Shown here: positions 38,720 to 51,039 of the stretch, piece by piece
How the letters are laid out: each line of letters begins with the position of its first letter
How positions within the stretch are numbered: the first letter of the stretch is position 1
Assembly: GCA_028534125.1 (NCBI GenBank)
Contig: CM052816.1
Coordinates: forward strand, 90,708,001 to 90,772,000
Direction: 5' to 3'
DNA length: 64,000 nt
Source of the DNA: Lama glama
Taxonomy: Eukaryota
Notes under the pieces: generated by a model
Seen by the model: only the letters and a program-made list of their open reading frames with translations
Told to the model about the DNA's origin: nothing
Database searches by the model: none
Translations under genes and position numbers: made by a program

Positions 38720-39305
38720 TGAAGGGCAGCTGAACATACCACCCCAAAATATGACCGTAAGAATTAAGGACGTGCCACCTGAAAATACGCTGCTTTGCAT
38801 AAGGATTATTTGGAGTTGTAGCCACTGGAAAAACAGCAAATGCAGGGAGAGGCTTTCTCTGAACTTCTCTTATCTGCCTAAAGACAGATCCTCCAAAAGG
38901 AACTCGATCCTCAAAGATTCCTTCATCAGAGAAGATTGACTCATCACAGGTGAGGAGACTGAAAGTCGACACCACATCCAAGCAGACTCCATCACAATCT
39001 ACCAAACCTCCTATCTGGACTTCTAAGGACCCATTTATCTTTCCTATAAATCATTCACTCTCGCCTAAGAGGCCAACGTCCTCCCTTCCTTTTCCTTATT
39101 AAGATGGTATTTAAGCCTGAATTCCAAAGCCATCTCTTTGAGTTATTCATTTTCTCTAGGTTTTCCAACATATGCCTGAGGAATACATGTTACTAAACTG
39201 GTTTGTTTTTCCTTCTTGTTAATCTGTCTTTAATTATGGGGGGTGAGGGTGGGTCTCAGCCTAGAATTCAGAAGGATAAAGGGAAGGTTTTTTTCCTCCC
39301 CTACC
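38720..39305 (+). mobile_element. MER34-like ERV1 solo LTR
   Basis: Starts tgaaggg...accccaaaatatg; ends tttttcctcccctacc; TSD ATGG 38716-38719 and 39306-39309. Confidence 0.8.
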
Positions 39306-39939
39306 ATGGCAACTTCATTCTTACAGGTGCTCGGGCAAAAACTCAGGAGTTACTTTGAATCTCCTCCCACACCCCACATCTAATACGTCAACAAATCCTG
39401 TCACCTCTCCTGAGAAATAGATACAGAATCTGACCACCATCCGCCTCCCCCATTGCCACATCCCTGGTCCAAGCCACCACCATCTCTTGCCTGGGTAACC
39501 CACAAGTCCCCTTATTGGCTTCAGGCTCCCAACTGGGTCACCCAGCAATGTATTTTCAACCCTGAAATCAGAGTGATCTTGTTAACACATGTCAGTCAGA
39601 TCACACCCTCCTCTGATCAAAACTGTCCAACAGTCTCCCATCTCACGTATGTGTGTGTGTTCATGCCGGCCACATCCTTCCCCCTCTGTCTCCCTCCTCA
39701 TCCTCCTGGCTCACTTGCTCTGCCTCCTTGAGTTCCCCTACCTCTCCTGCTTCTGCTTTTGAATCCACTGTCCTCTCTGCCTGGAATGCTCTTCCTCATC
39801 ACCCTCAAGGCTGGCCCCTTCTCTTCTTTAAGGTCTTGATTCAAATCTTACCCTGCTCAGTCTATCAAATCTTCCCTGAGCACTCTATCTAAAATTACAA
39901 ACCATCTCTCATCCCATCCTTTTCCCCACCCTGTTATCC

Positions 39940-40450
39940 TGAAGGGGATCAGAATATGCTACCTCAAAATATGTCACTCAGGCATAAGGGTTACCCCGAG
40001 CTGAAGGCAACTGAGAAAAAGCAGACAGAAGGGTCCCCCTCTCCCAGTCCAGGAAGAGGAGAAAAATCCCAGTCACCAGCCACGTCACCAAGGCCAGCCT
40101 GCAGGAACAAACCTTAATAAACAAGCCTGGCTACCTTAGCTTCCCCCATATACATCCGTACTTCCACTTCCCAGAATTCATTGGCCCTACAAGCCCCAAA
40201 CCCCTTTCCTTTGTGTAGTCACTTCTCCACAATTTATCACCTTTTGTTAAAACAGTATGTAAGTCCCTGAGTCTAACCCATCTCTGGGTTTTTCATTGCT
40301 TTTCTGTGAAGCCCCCATACATGTAAAATTTAAAATATTAATAAAATATGGATTCCTTTTCTCCTGCTTATCTGTCTCCTGTGTCAGTTTAGTTCGCAGA
40401 CCTCACTTACTGAAGCTAGAGGAAAACATTTTTTCCTCCCCCCTTCTAAC
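39940..40450 (+). mobile_element. MER34/MER39-like ERV1 solo LTR
   Basis: tgaaggggatcagaatatgctacctcaaaatatg start; aataaaa; ttttcctccc end; TSD atcc/gtcc. Confidence 0.75.
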
Positions 40451-41489
40451 GTCCCGTACATTTTCCCTGTCTGTCTTGTTTGTGGTATGCCTCCACGCAC
40501 TAAAAATGTAAATTCTATGAAGGCAGAGATCTTCGCCTATTTTGATCATGACTACCTCGTTAGCACCTAGAAGATTGCCCAGCACACAACAGATGTTTAA
40601 TAAATATTGTCTGATGAATGAATAAATACATAAATGGAGTCCTTTCCCTTACAAACTGTGCCTACAAAGACAGCCAAGTGAAAACTCTAGAATTCTGATG
40701 TGAAGAAGTTTATAGTCATAAAAATATTCTTAATCACTGGTGCAAGTAGCCAAGAAGGCAGAAGCATGGGAAATAACTCAGAGCACTGGCCCAGAAGCCA
40801 GAAGGGATATTTCTATTCTTGGTACCATGCCACCGGGCAGAGCCTGAGGCTCCTCAGGAAATGCGGATAGTAACCGAAGTTTCTGTAAGAATCCATAAAT
40901 ATAGAAAATAAAGTCTCCAGAAACTAGGTATTAAAGAAATGTACACCAAAGAATTTTTTAGAGAGTAATTTGGTCACTTCGCTGAACACGAAGAATAAGA
41001 TGAGAAAATCGAAATGATACTTGGTCTAGGACAAAATGCAAGATGTATTTGGGCCAAAGTGTCATTCTAGTACGAGGGGAATCCCCATAAATTGCCAAAG
41101 CTGGGGCTCTGGCCAATAAGGGATTAACTCCAGGAAAGTGTTCCATTGGTGTTTCCAACCACACCCACCACTACACAGTGCCCTCTGTAAACCCCAAATG
41201 CCGCCTTTTATTTGTGCCAATTTTTATATTTTTGAAAAATGCTTCCACAATACAATTTAGAAAGAGGAGAGACCAACTTTGGGGAAGGATCTCTCCCATC
41301 CCAATTGCTTCCTCCTGGACCTGTACACTCCTGACACCTGCCTTGACTTTCAGGCAGAGGCTCCAGGACTTCACAATTTCAAAGCAGAGAAGACTTAGCT
41401 CCTGGCTATTTGCAAATCCCTCCCATTCCTCCATTAAAGAATAGTTCATGCCTATCGGTTCTTGATGTTGTCTGTCTTCTCAAATTTAC

Positions 41490-41615
41490 CTTCTTCTTCA
41501 CGGAGAAGACTCGATCTGCAATGTGAAATGTATCTATTTGAATTTTCCCCATTTGGGAAGTTCCGGGAGCCCCACCCGTTTGGACTTGATTTTGTAACTT
41601 AGCTGCACTATTCCC
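41490..41615 (-). other. Candidate 126-bp exon
   Basis: Acceptor ccttcttgccttttaacttcag, donor AAG/gtaaat, phase-0 frame open. Confidence 0.35.
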
Positions 41616-41884
41616 CTGAAGTTAAAAGGCAAGAAGGAGTATATCCTTGGATTTTTCTCTTCTCTCTTTCTTCCTCTTTAAGAATGAAGTCTCATTCAAA
41701 TCAAAGTGACCCAGGAAACCAGTTTAGCAAGAATTTTTTTTTTCCCTTTGGGGATTCCTGGCTGCCTAGTCAGCTGATCTGGGAGGTCAGCTTAGTGGCT
41801 GCAGGTGGGATATTTGCTGTCTAAACAGAAGACTCAGAGTGACAGACGAGGTAGTCTGGAGATTGGCAACATCCATTGACTTAC

Positions 41885-41961
41885 CCTCCAATTCTTCAAA
41901 ACATCTGTTACTTGTCTGCTTTCATTAGGATAGTTTTCCTCTGGCTCAATATGGGGACAGC
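41885..41961 (-). other. Candidate 77-bp exon
   Basis: Acceptor cctttaccttggcaaacag, donor AGG/gtaagt, one open frame ending in phase 0. Confidence 0.3.
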
Positions 41962-43524
41962 CTGTTTGCCAAGGTAAAGGTGACTGAATTCATCTCTTCA
42001 GAAGCAAAACTTTGGTGAATATGGAAATTTTTACTCCTTCCCCCACTGGTTTAAAGTAGGAGGTTCCTACTAACCTTAGTTGAACTAAACTAAGTTAAAC
42101 CGACTCAATAGCTGTTATCATCCAAACAACCCAGGAAGATGGTATCATTTTAATCCAGTAAAACGATCCATTTCTCTGGTTTCTTCTGCTCGCCGTTTGA
42201 CTTTACTTCAGAATTGTGGCTATTGGAAAGAAACTTCCTTTTCAGTCGCATTTTCCTATTTCTTGGGGTTGTTTCCAGTCATGACTGCTACATAGCTGAA
42301 TATTTAAATATTTCATTTAAAATTTCATCTCTACCTACTCAAGAGAGATGAATTATTTCCTTTTATCCTGGTACTTAAAGAGACGCACTCTGAAATATTT
42401 TAAAAGTCCTAACATTATTTTTCTCAGTATTGTTGTTAACATTGTCAACATCAGTCTGCTTTATAAACTATCCCAGCATCTACAGGGACTTTCAACTTAA
42501 GGAGCTCATGTTCTTGATGGTTATTGACAGGAAGCCTGAATTCTAAAAGAACCAAGAAGTTAAATTTCTAGTATTCGATGTAAGGAGCAGAGAGGTGGGT
42601 CCTGGATTTCAGGAGGAGGATGCCAGGAGCGGTTTGGGTCATTAGTGGAGTTGAGGAGACTAAGTTTTTCACAGTAGTGTTCCTGACATCAGGAAATTCC
42701 AGAGGGTCCTTTCAGAGCAGGAATCACCACTAACATGGGAGACAAACGCCACTTCTTGGTTGAACTCCACCTGCCACAAAGTGACCACTGGCCAAAGAGA
42801 CTAGTGAACGGCAGCTGTCCCTAGGATGCTGTCATGCTTGTCTTGTGTCCAAAAGGGTAAACTCTTCCTCCAATTAACACTGAAGCTGAAGTAGCAGGAA
42901 GACTAGAACTGACACCTGTGAACTTTCAAGACATCATCCCTCACATTCAGGTGATGCTCTTCGGAGGACTTCCTCCACACAAGCACAATGCAGACTCAGC
43001 TGTGGTTCCAAGGGTTTTGAATAGATTTGCTAAGGTAACATTTAATCTTTAGGAATATATAGAAGAATTCCTTTATATTCTTATTTTTAAAACAATCTAA
43101 TCTGCTTCTGCCAAACAAAAAAGATAAATTACATTGAAGCAGTTCTCAAGGAAACTAAGACAGGACAACGAAGTTAAAATTCCGCTGAAGCAAATGTTTA
43201 GGTTGCTTACTGGAAGCTTTCCTATCTTTGTTTGCATAGTCACACACAAAACAATAACAGAAGGGGACTGTGTAAGAATTACTGTAGCTTGCTCTCTTGA
43301 GAAAGACAGCCTAATCACACATCAGCTCTGTTTGGAAATCAGAAAGATGCCTGCCCCAACAGTGTCTGGCATCTAACTCAAACTATCACTCCTTATGTTA
43401 TATCATTATCCCCATGTTCTTGTTTTGATTTCTTCCACACTCATTTGGTGCCAAGGCTAAACTCCATAAAAAGTCCACGGTGAGGTCCCATCAGACAGAA
43501 TACAGAATCAAGGTATTTAAAATT

Positions 43525-43690
43525 TATAGAGCCACTGACTGAGCCAAGTTCTGCCAGACTCTATTCAAAGGGCTTTGCCTGTGTTATTGGAGTTAATCCT
43601 CCTTACAACACAAGGAGGGACACGCAGCTAATGCCACCAATTTTACAGATGAACAAACTGAGACAAATGGAGGTGAAGTCCAGACCCTCA
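43525..43690 (-). mobile_element. MIR SINE
   Basis: ttaatcctccttacaac...attttacagatgaacaaactgagac. Confidence 0.75.
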
Positions 43691-43750
43691 GGGTGTGAAT
43701 ATCAGAGCCAACCAAGCAGCCCTGAGCCATCCTGTGGCACTGCCTTTCAC

Positions 43751-43976
43751 TTGGGGAACACGCCTAGAAGAGCATAATTGAAAGAAAAAAAATCATATTT
43801 AATTTTCCAACCTTTCAGATTTCTATGTATTCAATCTTAAACTTACGAAAGCTTATTAGATCATTATATTCTCTGGGTTGTTCTCAGTAATTTCTTATCC
43901 CACTTCATCTAAAGATTTTTCAACTGGGGGAAAACAATAATGCCTGAATTTCCTTTAGTTTTCCATCCCAGTTAAA
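43751..43976. repeat. Diverged direct repeat, copy 1 (copy 2 at 45168-45403)
   Basis: Identical 18-mer atcccacttcatctaaag at 43897 and 45319, plus collinear flanking matches at offsets 1416-1427. Confidence 0.75.
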
Positions 43977-45067
43977 TATCTTGTTCAGCTCTGCCCTTTG
44001 CCTTAGAAGCTCAGTGTAGGAGCATAAAACATCTATTTCACCCAAAAGTAGAAATCATTCATTCAGAGTTTATGAAGTCCTGGAAATTGAAAGGAGATCG
44101 ACAGGAGTTGCACAACTCCTAATATTTTTAAGGAAAAACAGAAGTTGTTTCTACTGTTGAGAAATAATCAACTTTAGCTAACAAACACATTATACGGTCA
44201 AGTTTGATGAACCCCACACAGATATGCTGGGGAAATACACTTATGAATAATACCATTATTACTCACTTTATCTTCCGATGAAAAATTGTGAGGCATCAGT
44301 ATATACAGTGTAACTTCTAGCATCCTGACAGCAGTGTTAACAGTCAAATATCAAATGGTGACAGGTCTTTTTCATGTCCTAGAAGAAAAGCCAGCACTTT
44401 CTCCACTAAAAACTTCTTTGAAGGACAAGCACTACTTCACACAGACGTATGAAGTTTGACATTCGCATCCCCTCTGGGCTGGTAACCTCTACACTTAAAA
44501 CAGAATTCTCATCTCTGGCATTTTAGATCTGATAAACTGTGTTGGGTTTTCCCACACCATCAGGGCTGACTAGTTTCCAGCCATATTGTTATACAAGTTG
44601 CCACAAGAATGCAAAAGCTTTGAAACAAAACTTGGCACCTCTGTGGATAAAGTGAACCTGCCGTGAGGTCTTGCTGTTGACAATGTTTATTTACTTCGGC
44701 AAAAAGAAATTTGTATTCTGCGTTGTTATTCGAGTGTTAGTTAACAAAATACATAAGGAGAATTTTTTAACTTTTTTGAATCACTCAAATAAATTAAGTT
44801 ACTTAGATCCATCCGTTAATTTGTCAGCTCCCTGAGGGCGAGACCCACTTTTGCACTGCCGTCCACCTTGGTACTTTCTGGGCTTAGCCACAGACACTGG
44901 TTTCAAATGCACGTGCAGGTGTATACAAACATACACAAGTGCTTAGAGTTGAAGTGATCAGAGTGCACTTTAAATAGGCCCCTGTCACTAGAATGGAGTG
45001 GAGGGGAGCTCACGCGGACGAGAGACAGCACTCACAAGATGACCGAACTGCTCCAGCAAGCGCCGTG

Positions 45068-45106
45068 GGAGCCACGGATTAGGGAAGGAGCCACGGATTA
45101 GGGAAG
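45068..45106. repeat. Perfect 19-bp tandem duplication
   Basis: gagccacggattagggaag twice (45069-45087, 45088-45106). Confidence 0.95.
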
Positions 45107-45167
45107 TAGTCACGCATCTGAACGAGACACTCCAGATCCAGAGGTTAACTTTGTTATCCTCCTTAGC

Positions 45168-45403
45168 TGGGGCAACATGCCTGGAAAATTACAATTAATG
45201 AGAAGGACTCACGCTTAATTTTCAGATTTTTTCAGAGATATCGGATCTTCCGTTCTCAGCTTGGATGGAAGTTTACTAAGCTCTGTGTTCTCTTATGTGT
45301 CTCAGTGAATAATTTATCATCCCACTTCATCTAAAGGTTTTCCATTTAGAAAAATCAAACAAAAAGCAGGGATTTACCATGTTAGTAGTCTACGCCAGTT
45401 AAA
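45168..45403. repeat. Diverged direct repeat, copy 2
   Basis: tggggcaacatgcctggaa...ttaattttc...atcccacttcatctaaag...ccagttaaa mirrors 43751-43976. Confidence 0.75.
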
Positions 45404-45419
45404 CTGTCCTAGGAAAATA

Positions 45420-45644
45420 CAGTTGACCCTTGAACAACAGATGAGTTAAGGGTGCTGACCATCAGCAAAGTTCAATTTCTGAGTAGAGTCAGCCCTCTGT
45501 ATCCAGTTCCTCCATGTCCAGGGTTCTGCCTCTGAGGATTCAACCAACCGTGCATCGTGCAGAACTATAATATTCACTGTTGGAAAACGTCTGCATACAA
45601 GGGGCCCTACACAGTTCAAACTCATGCTGTTCAAGGGGCAACTG
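45420..45644. mobile_element. Tigger2-derived MITE (MER8-like) with both ends
   Basis: TIRs cagttgacccttgaaca / tgttcaaggggcaactg flanked by TA on both sides. Confidence 0.9.
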
Positions 45645-45895
45645 TATTTAGAAGGTAGACTGGATGGGGCGAGGGGTTGATTGAAAGAGGGAATATGAAA
45701 GAGAGAGAAAACATGATGACAGCACGTTTTGAGAAAGTGGGTAGATGGTAGTGCCGTTTTCCCCCACAGGGAAGACCCAAATCACCTTTACAAGAACCTA
45801 CCTCCCCTTTCCTATGAGGTTTGCTGTGAGTGTTAGGGTCAACTCTTCAATAGATGGCATTGGTGTTACATTCAGTTACTGCTGTCTAATTTTGC

Positions 45896-46419
45896 TCCTG
45901 TATTTCTTTTTTTTTAAATTTTTTAATTTTTGAAATTATAGTCAACTTACAATGTTGTATTAATTTTTGGTGTACAGCATAGTATTTCAGTTATACATAC
46001 ATATATGTTCATCTTTTCGTATTCTTTTTCATTATACATTATTATAAGACATTGTAAGTAGTCCCCTGTGCTATACAGTAGGAAATTGTTGTTCATCTAT
46101 TTTGTACATTGTAGTTTATATCTGCCAGTCCCAAACTCCCAGTTTGTCCCTCCACCCCTTCTTCCCTCCCTGGTAACCATAAGTTTGTTTTCTATGTCTG
46201 TGAGTCTGTTTCTGTTTTGTAAAGAAGTTCATTTGTGTCATTTGTTAAGATTCCACATATAAGTGATATGATATGGTATTTTTCTTTCTCTTTCTGGCTT
46301 ACTTCACTTAGTATGACAGTCTCCAGGTTCATCCATGTTGCAGCAAATGGCGTTATTTTATTCTTTTTTATGGCTGAGTATTTCCAAAGTCCACAAAGCA
46401 TTGTTGGTCCTGTATTTCT
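45896..46419 (-). mobile_element. 5'-truncated L1 (3' region) with TSD
   Basis: T-tail, then L1 3' UTR and an L1-typical peptide (IKKNKITPFAATWMNLETVILSEVSQ); TSD tcctgtatttct 45896-45907 and 46408-46419. Confidence 0.9.
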
Positions 46420-47239
46420 GAAATGCTCCAAACAGTCCTGATCAAGCTGAGAAGCACAGTGTGTTACACGGAGAACTGAGATACGTCCTCACAGCCCCAA
46501 CTCTCTCTTACATAGCTGTTTACTTAACATCACTGCTGGCTGATTTTATGGATGAGCCAACTTATCATCCTGCCCTGCTAAAGACTGGTCATTTCTTCAA
46601 AATCAAAAGCCTTAATTCTAACAGGTTTGAATTTGAGATGATAAACTACCTTTTCTATATAAGTGCATCCTTCATTTCAATGTCACGAGAATTTAGCTTT
46701 CACGTGAAGTTGCAGAGTCACCTAACTCAGGAGCTAAATGTCCAGGATGAAGCAGCACCCTGATTTTCCATAGACCCCCCCCATGGTGAACCCATGTTGA
46801 AATGGCTGCAGGCAGGTCTGCCTGATAACACATTCTGCCCAAGAGTTCCTCTGGTCTCGGAGATACCAACATTCAAAAATGTTTATCTATCACCAACTTG
46901 AGAAGCTCATGTTACAAATTCCACACTTCACAGAACAGAAAACAGAAGTCTTTCCCATTTGAGTCATTCATGTTTCTTAGAGCATTACTTTTCTTCTGCA
47001 GCCGAAGCAAATTCCAGTTTCAAAAGAATCCATGACTTCGCAGGTTGTCTGTACCCCCTGCTTAGTCATCCGGGGACATCAGATGCTTATCTTGGACTTG
47101 CTTTGAGTGTCAGTGAATACCTACACCTCATGTGTCCACTGGAATCTGTGCCCACAGGGTCTCCTGAAAGGTACCTGCACGTGGGACAACAAGGAACGTC
47201 TGCGGACACGCGTGTTACACACATCCCTTCCGCTCCATG

Positions 47240-47395
47240 GTTCCCTCAGACTTCACCTAACAAAACGCAAGTTCAAGGACAAAATATTTAAGACTTTTAA
47301 GATGACAACTGCAAAGGACTAAACCAAGCATAGGCCCTTCTGAGCACGGGGCCCTGAGTGACTGCAAAGGTCACATGCCCGTGAAGCTGGCCCTG
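47240..47395. mobile_element. MER91-like hAT-Tip100 fragment
   Basis: ggcccttctgagcacggggccctg...cacatgcccgtgaagctggccctg end. Confidence 0.55.
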
Positions 47396-47589
47396 GTGAC
47401 AATATAGATATAATGGCAGGGGAATATAGAAAAGATATTCACTCCAGAAATGTAACGGTATCGAGAAGACAATTGCTCATACTGCCTGTTGCCCAAGCCG
47501 AAATTCTCAGTAGGCTACCAAATCAGCATCCAGATTCCAGAACATGACACTGACTGAGGTGGGAACGGGACAAAGTGGCATCCAAAGGC

Positions 47590-48118
47590 CCAGCTCCAGG
47601 TATCTGCTGCAGTGTAACATACTATGTAAATTAATGGCTGGAAACCATTTTATTGATCCCTGAGTCACCACGTGGAGGAGGGCCACTGATCAGGAAAAAA
47701 ATTCCTTCCTGAACAGTTCCGTGTTCCCATTGTGTTTGAGTCGTTATGACACAGGCTTGGCCGGGACAGTGCGCAGTCCCTCTGGCGCTGACTAGCATCA
47801 CGAGGTGGGATTCAGCTGCAGCAGAACTGGACTGGGGTGTCTTGGAGGCTTCACTCAGATGCCTGGGTCTTTCCACACGGTGGTTGCAGCAGAGCAGCCA
47901 GATATCTTCTGTGGTGGCTCGAGGCTCCAAGAGCAAGTGTTCCAAGAGCCAGGAAGCAGAAGCTGCCAGTTTCTTAAGTCCTGAGCTCAAAAGCTAGTAC
48001 AGCATCACATCTTCAATATTAGTCAGAGCAATCACCGGGCTGCCCAGATTCCAGGAGGGGTGACATAGACCCATCTCCTGATGGGAGGAAAATCTGCAGC
48101 CTCCCTCTGTCTGCCACA
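47590..48118 (-). mobile_element. MLT1H/J-like LTR
   Basis: aggaagcagaagctgccagtt, gcccagattccaggagggg, ccatctcctgatgggagg, terminal tctgccaca. Confidence 0.7.
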
Positions 48119-48739
48119 CGCCCTGTATCAATGATCATTTCCATATATACTATGAAAAACTAGTCCTTTAATTGCAATTAACAGATCGTTGTGATTTTTC
48201 CCAATCTTTTTCCCAGGCAAGGGTTCAGGAATTAAAGGACTCGGCATATTTTCAATCAGTCAGCCCCTACCTTGTCCCCTTCAGTCAGCCTCTCTGTGTC
48301 TCAGTATATACCATGGGTGTATTCACTTTTCATAATGATATTCACACATGCATTCATGACCCCTCGATGATTAGAATATCCTTAAAGCACCTTGCTTCTA
48401 CGTCTTCTGTAATTTTTCCCAGAATGTAACATATTCTCTTTCAAGAGCAAGGCGTGAATAATCTGACTTCTGAATAACAGTGTTTCTTCCCCCCAAAAAG
48501 ATGTGAAGTCAACTTTTAAAATTAGTTCTCCCATATATTTAAAATTTTCTGAGATATTTCTAGAAAGCCCTCTATGACTATTTGCCATATAAAAGGGAAA
48601 CTTGTAAGGGAAGAAAGTGTGCTCCCCCCGGGAAGCCTGTGTATGTTCCATGCCCGGTGGAACTGCCTCGGTCTCTTTCTGTGTGTCAAGACCCCACCCC
48701 CTCAAGAGCTGGAGATCTGCCTTCAGGGGCATCACGGAC

Positions 48740-49500
48740 CCTTTGGGAGAATTTTCTGGCTCAGGACTCATTGTGCTTCCTGAATCTGATATCTTTCATC
48801 AATTTTTGGAATTCCTTTGTTGTTTCTTAAATATTAGCTTCCCCCCATCCTCTTGTGTCTCTTCTGGAATTCTGTTGCAGATAACGTAGACCTTCCTACC
48901 CTGTGCTCCATGTCTACCTCCCACTTCTCTTTCTGTGTCCCATTCTAGAGAGATGCCACAGATGGACTTCCCCACTCAGACTTTCTCTCTTAAGCCCTGC
49001 CTAAGTGGCTCTTTGATCAATTGTTTAAGATTTTTTAAAATGTTTTTCATCTCTAAAAGTTTTATTTTGTTCTTTTTCAAACATTCCTGATCTACTTGAT
49101 AGAGCATTGCTGCTGCTTTTTCTTCTTTCATGTTTCCTATTTATTTGTTTATTTTGGTCTTTAATTGGTTCAAACACACTCTATGGTTTCCAGCCTATGA
49201 TTCTGTTGTCCTGAGTTCTCTGCCATCTCACTCTGCTGTTGGTTTCACCTGCTGACGTTTGTTCCCTGGTGGGACGTGGAATTCGGGACCGTGAGCTCAT
49301 CTTCAGGGGGGATTTGCCCCTGGGATGTCAGCAGTGCCTGTGCTGAGGGCATTTCCTTCCTCCAGAGTTACAGATGCATCTGCTTCTCTTAAAGCTCTAA
49401 GGAGTACCACGCACCTGACACCACTTCTTATGTGAATTTCTCGGCTCTGGGAATCCCTTGACCGTATAGGTGGTATAAATTCAGTTCCAAATCCACCTGC
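48740..49500 (-). mobile_element. Old L1/HAL1-like antisense fragment
   Basis: tctttcatcaatttttggaattc, tttttcatctctaaaagttttattttgttcttttt; degenerate. Confidence 0.5.
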
Positions 49501-49532
49501 AGTAGGGCTGTCGTAATAATTTCTCAGGAGAC

Positions 49533-49712
49533 TTTATTGCAGTAAACTTCAACAATCTAACCATTTTCAAGTGTACAATTTAGTACATTTACAGTGTAAT
49601 GCAACCATCCCCACTATCCAGTTCTAGAACACTTCCATCGCCCTAAAAGGAGACCCTGCATCCATTAGGCAGTCACTCCCCATCCCCCCCCCCCCAGTCC
49701 CTGGCAACCAGT
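49533..49712 (-). mobile_element. L1MB-like 3' end
   Basis: aagtgtacaatt, gcaaccatccccactatccagttctagaaca, ccctggcaacca. Confidence 0.85.
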
Positions 49713-50019
49713 GAACTGCTTCCTAGGAGATGGAGCCCAGCCCAAGACAGACAAAATCCCTTGCATCACCTTTGGCCGTGGGAACAATCATTTCCAGGTC
49801 CTCAGATTTATGTGTGGGTCTATTTCTACCTCCCCTCTCTTGCTGGCCCAGGGCCCCATCTCTGTCCAAACCCTTTGGACAAAAAAATTGTTCTTAGTAT
49901 AAATAATGAGCTTTGGGCTTTGAGCTGATACTTGTGAAAAACCCAAATTAAAAAATTTCTACTCTCACTTTTTAGAAGAAGGAGGCATAAAACAATAAGC
50001 AAATTTAAAGTAAGATAAA

Positions 50020-51030
50020 GGTAAAGAGTGGGCAATGGGCGGGGACCGCAGTAGAAGAGGAGACAGAGAGGTTGGGGCTGGGACGGAACACTTGTATCCG
50101 GGTGCTGTGTGGCTGTTGTAATCATCTGGGCTTTTCTTCTAAGCACATGAAAAGACTCTGGGGAGTTTTGTGTGAAGAGTCACATGACATGACTCACATT
50201 TTAAGAGGCTCATTATGGCTGACACATGGAGACGAGGCTGTGCAGATGGACTATTGCAGTAATCCCAGGAGAAACGATGGTGGATGGGACCAAGGGAGCA
50301 ATAGCTGCAGGATGGTAAGAACTGGTTGGATTTTCAATTTTGTTGAAAACTGAGCCTGCAGGGCTTCCTAACAGACTGGTTTATCATCACCAAGGATGGT
50401 ATAGTGGCAGAAAAATGGTCCACCAAAGATGCCTGCATCCTAATTCCTGAACCTGTGAATATATGGGGTTACACGGCAAAGGGGAATGGATTAAAGTTCT
50501 AGACAGAACTGAGGTTGCTACTCAGATGACCTTAAGGAGATTATCCTGGATTATCTGAGTAGGTCCAATATAATCACTGAGGTCTTTCAAAGTAGACAAG
50601 GGAAGTAGCAGACAGAGAGACGGCAGCTTGAGAAAGACATGGCCCAACCATGCTGACTTTGAAGATGGAGGAATGGGGCCAAGTGCCCAGAAACACAGGC
50701 AGCCTCCAGAAGCCAGAAAGAGCAAGGAAACGGATTCTCTTCTACAGCCTCCAGAAGGAGCACAGTCCTGCCAACCTGGGTTTTAGCCCCATGAGACTGG
50801 GGTTGGACTGCTAACCTAAAAAATAGAAGATACACATGTGTTGTTGCTTTAAGCCACCAAGCTTGTGATCATTTGTTACAGCAGCTGTAGGAAATGAGTA
50901 CAGATGATGCCACAGGTTTGTCCTGAACAAGCAGAAGGATGGCGTTGACTTTCAGTGACACTGGGAAGACAGTGGGAAGAGCAAGTCTAGGGGCAGGAAT
51001 CACGACTTCCGTTTTGAATGTGTTCTATGC
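50020..51030 (-). mobile_element. L2 fragment split by an MLT1D LTR
   Basis: ctattgcagtaatcccaggagaaacgatggtgg before; gggaagacagtgggaagagcaagt...ttccgttttgaatgtgtt after. Confidence 0.65.
50397..50902 (+). mobile_element. MLT1D-like solo LTR
   Basis: gtggcagaaaaatggtccaccaaagatg...tgctgactttgaagatggagg...tttaagccaccaag...tttgttacagcagc. Confidence 0.9.
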
Positions 51031-51039
51031 CTGGAGAAA

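Larger units (their letters stand above)
38500..40632 (+). mobile_element. L2 LINE interrupted by two ERV LTRs
   Basis: aaaactgagctcctgat; ccctggtccaagccaccaccatctcttgcctgg; cctctgcctggaatgctcttcc; terminal aataaatattgtctgatgaatgaat. Confidence 0.85.

Noticed and set aside
46192..46431. ORF with protein-like sequence (PFAATWMNLETVILSEVSQ)
   Set aside because: Translation of a truncated L1 3' region, not a host gene
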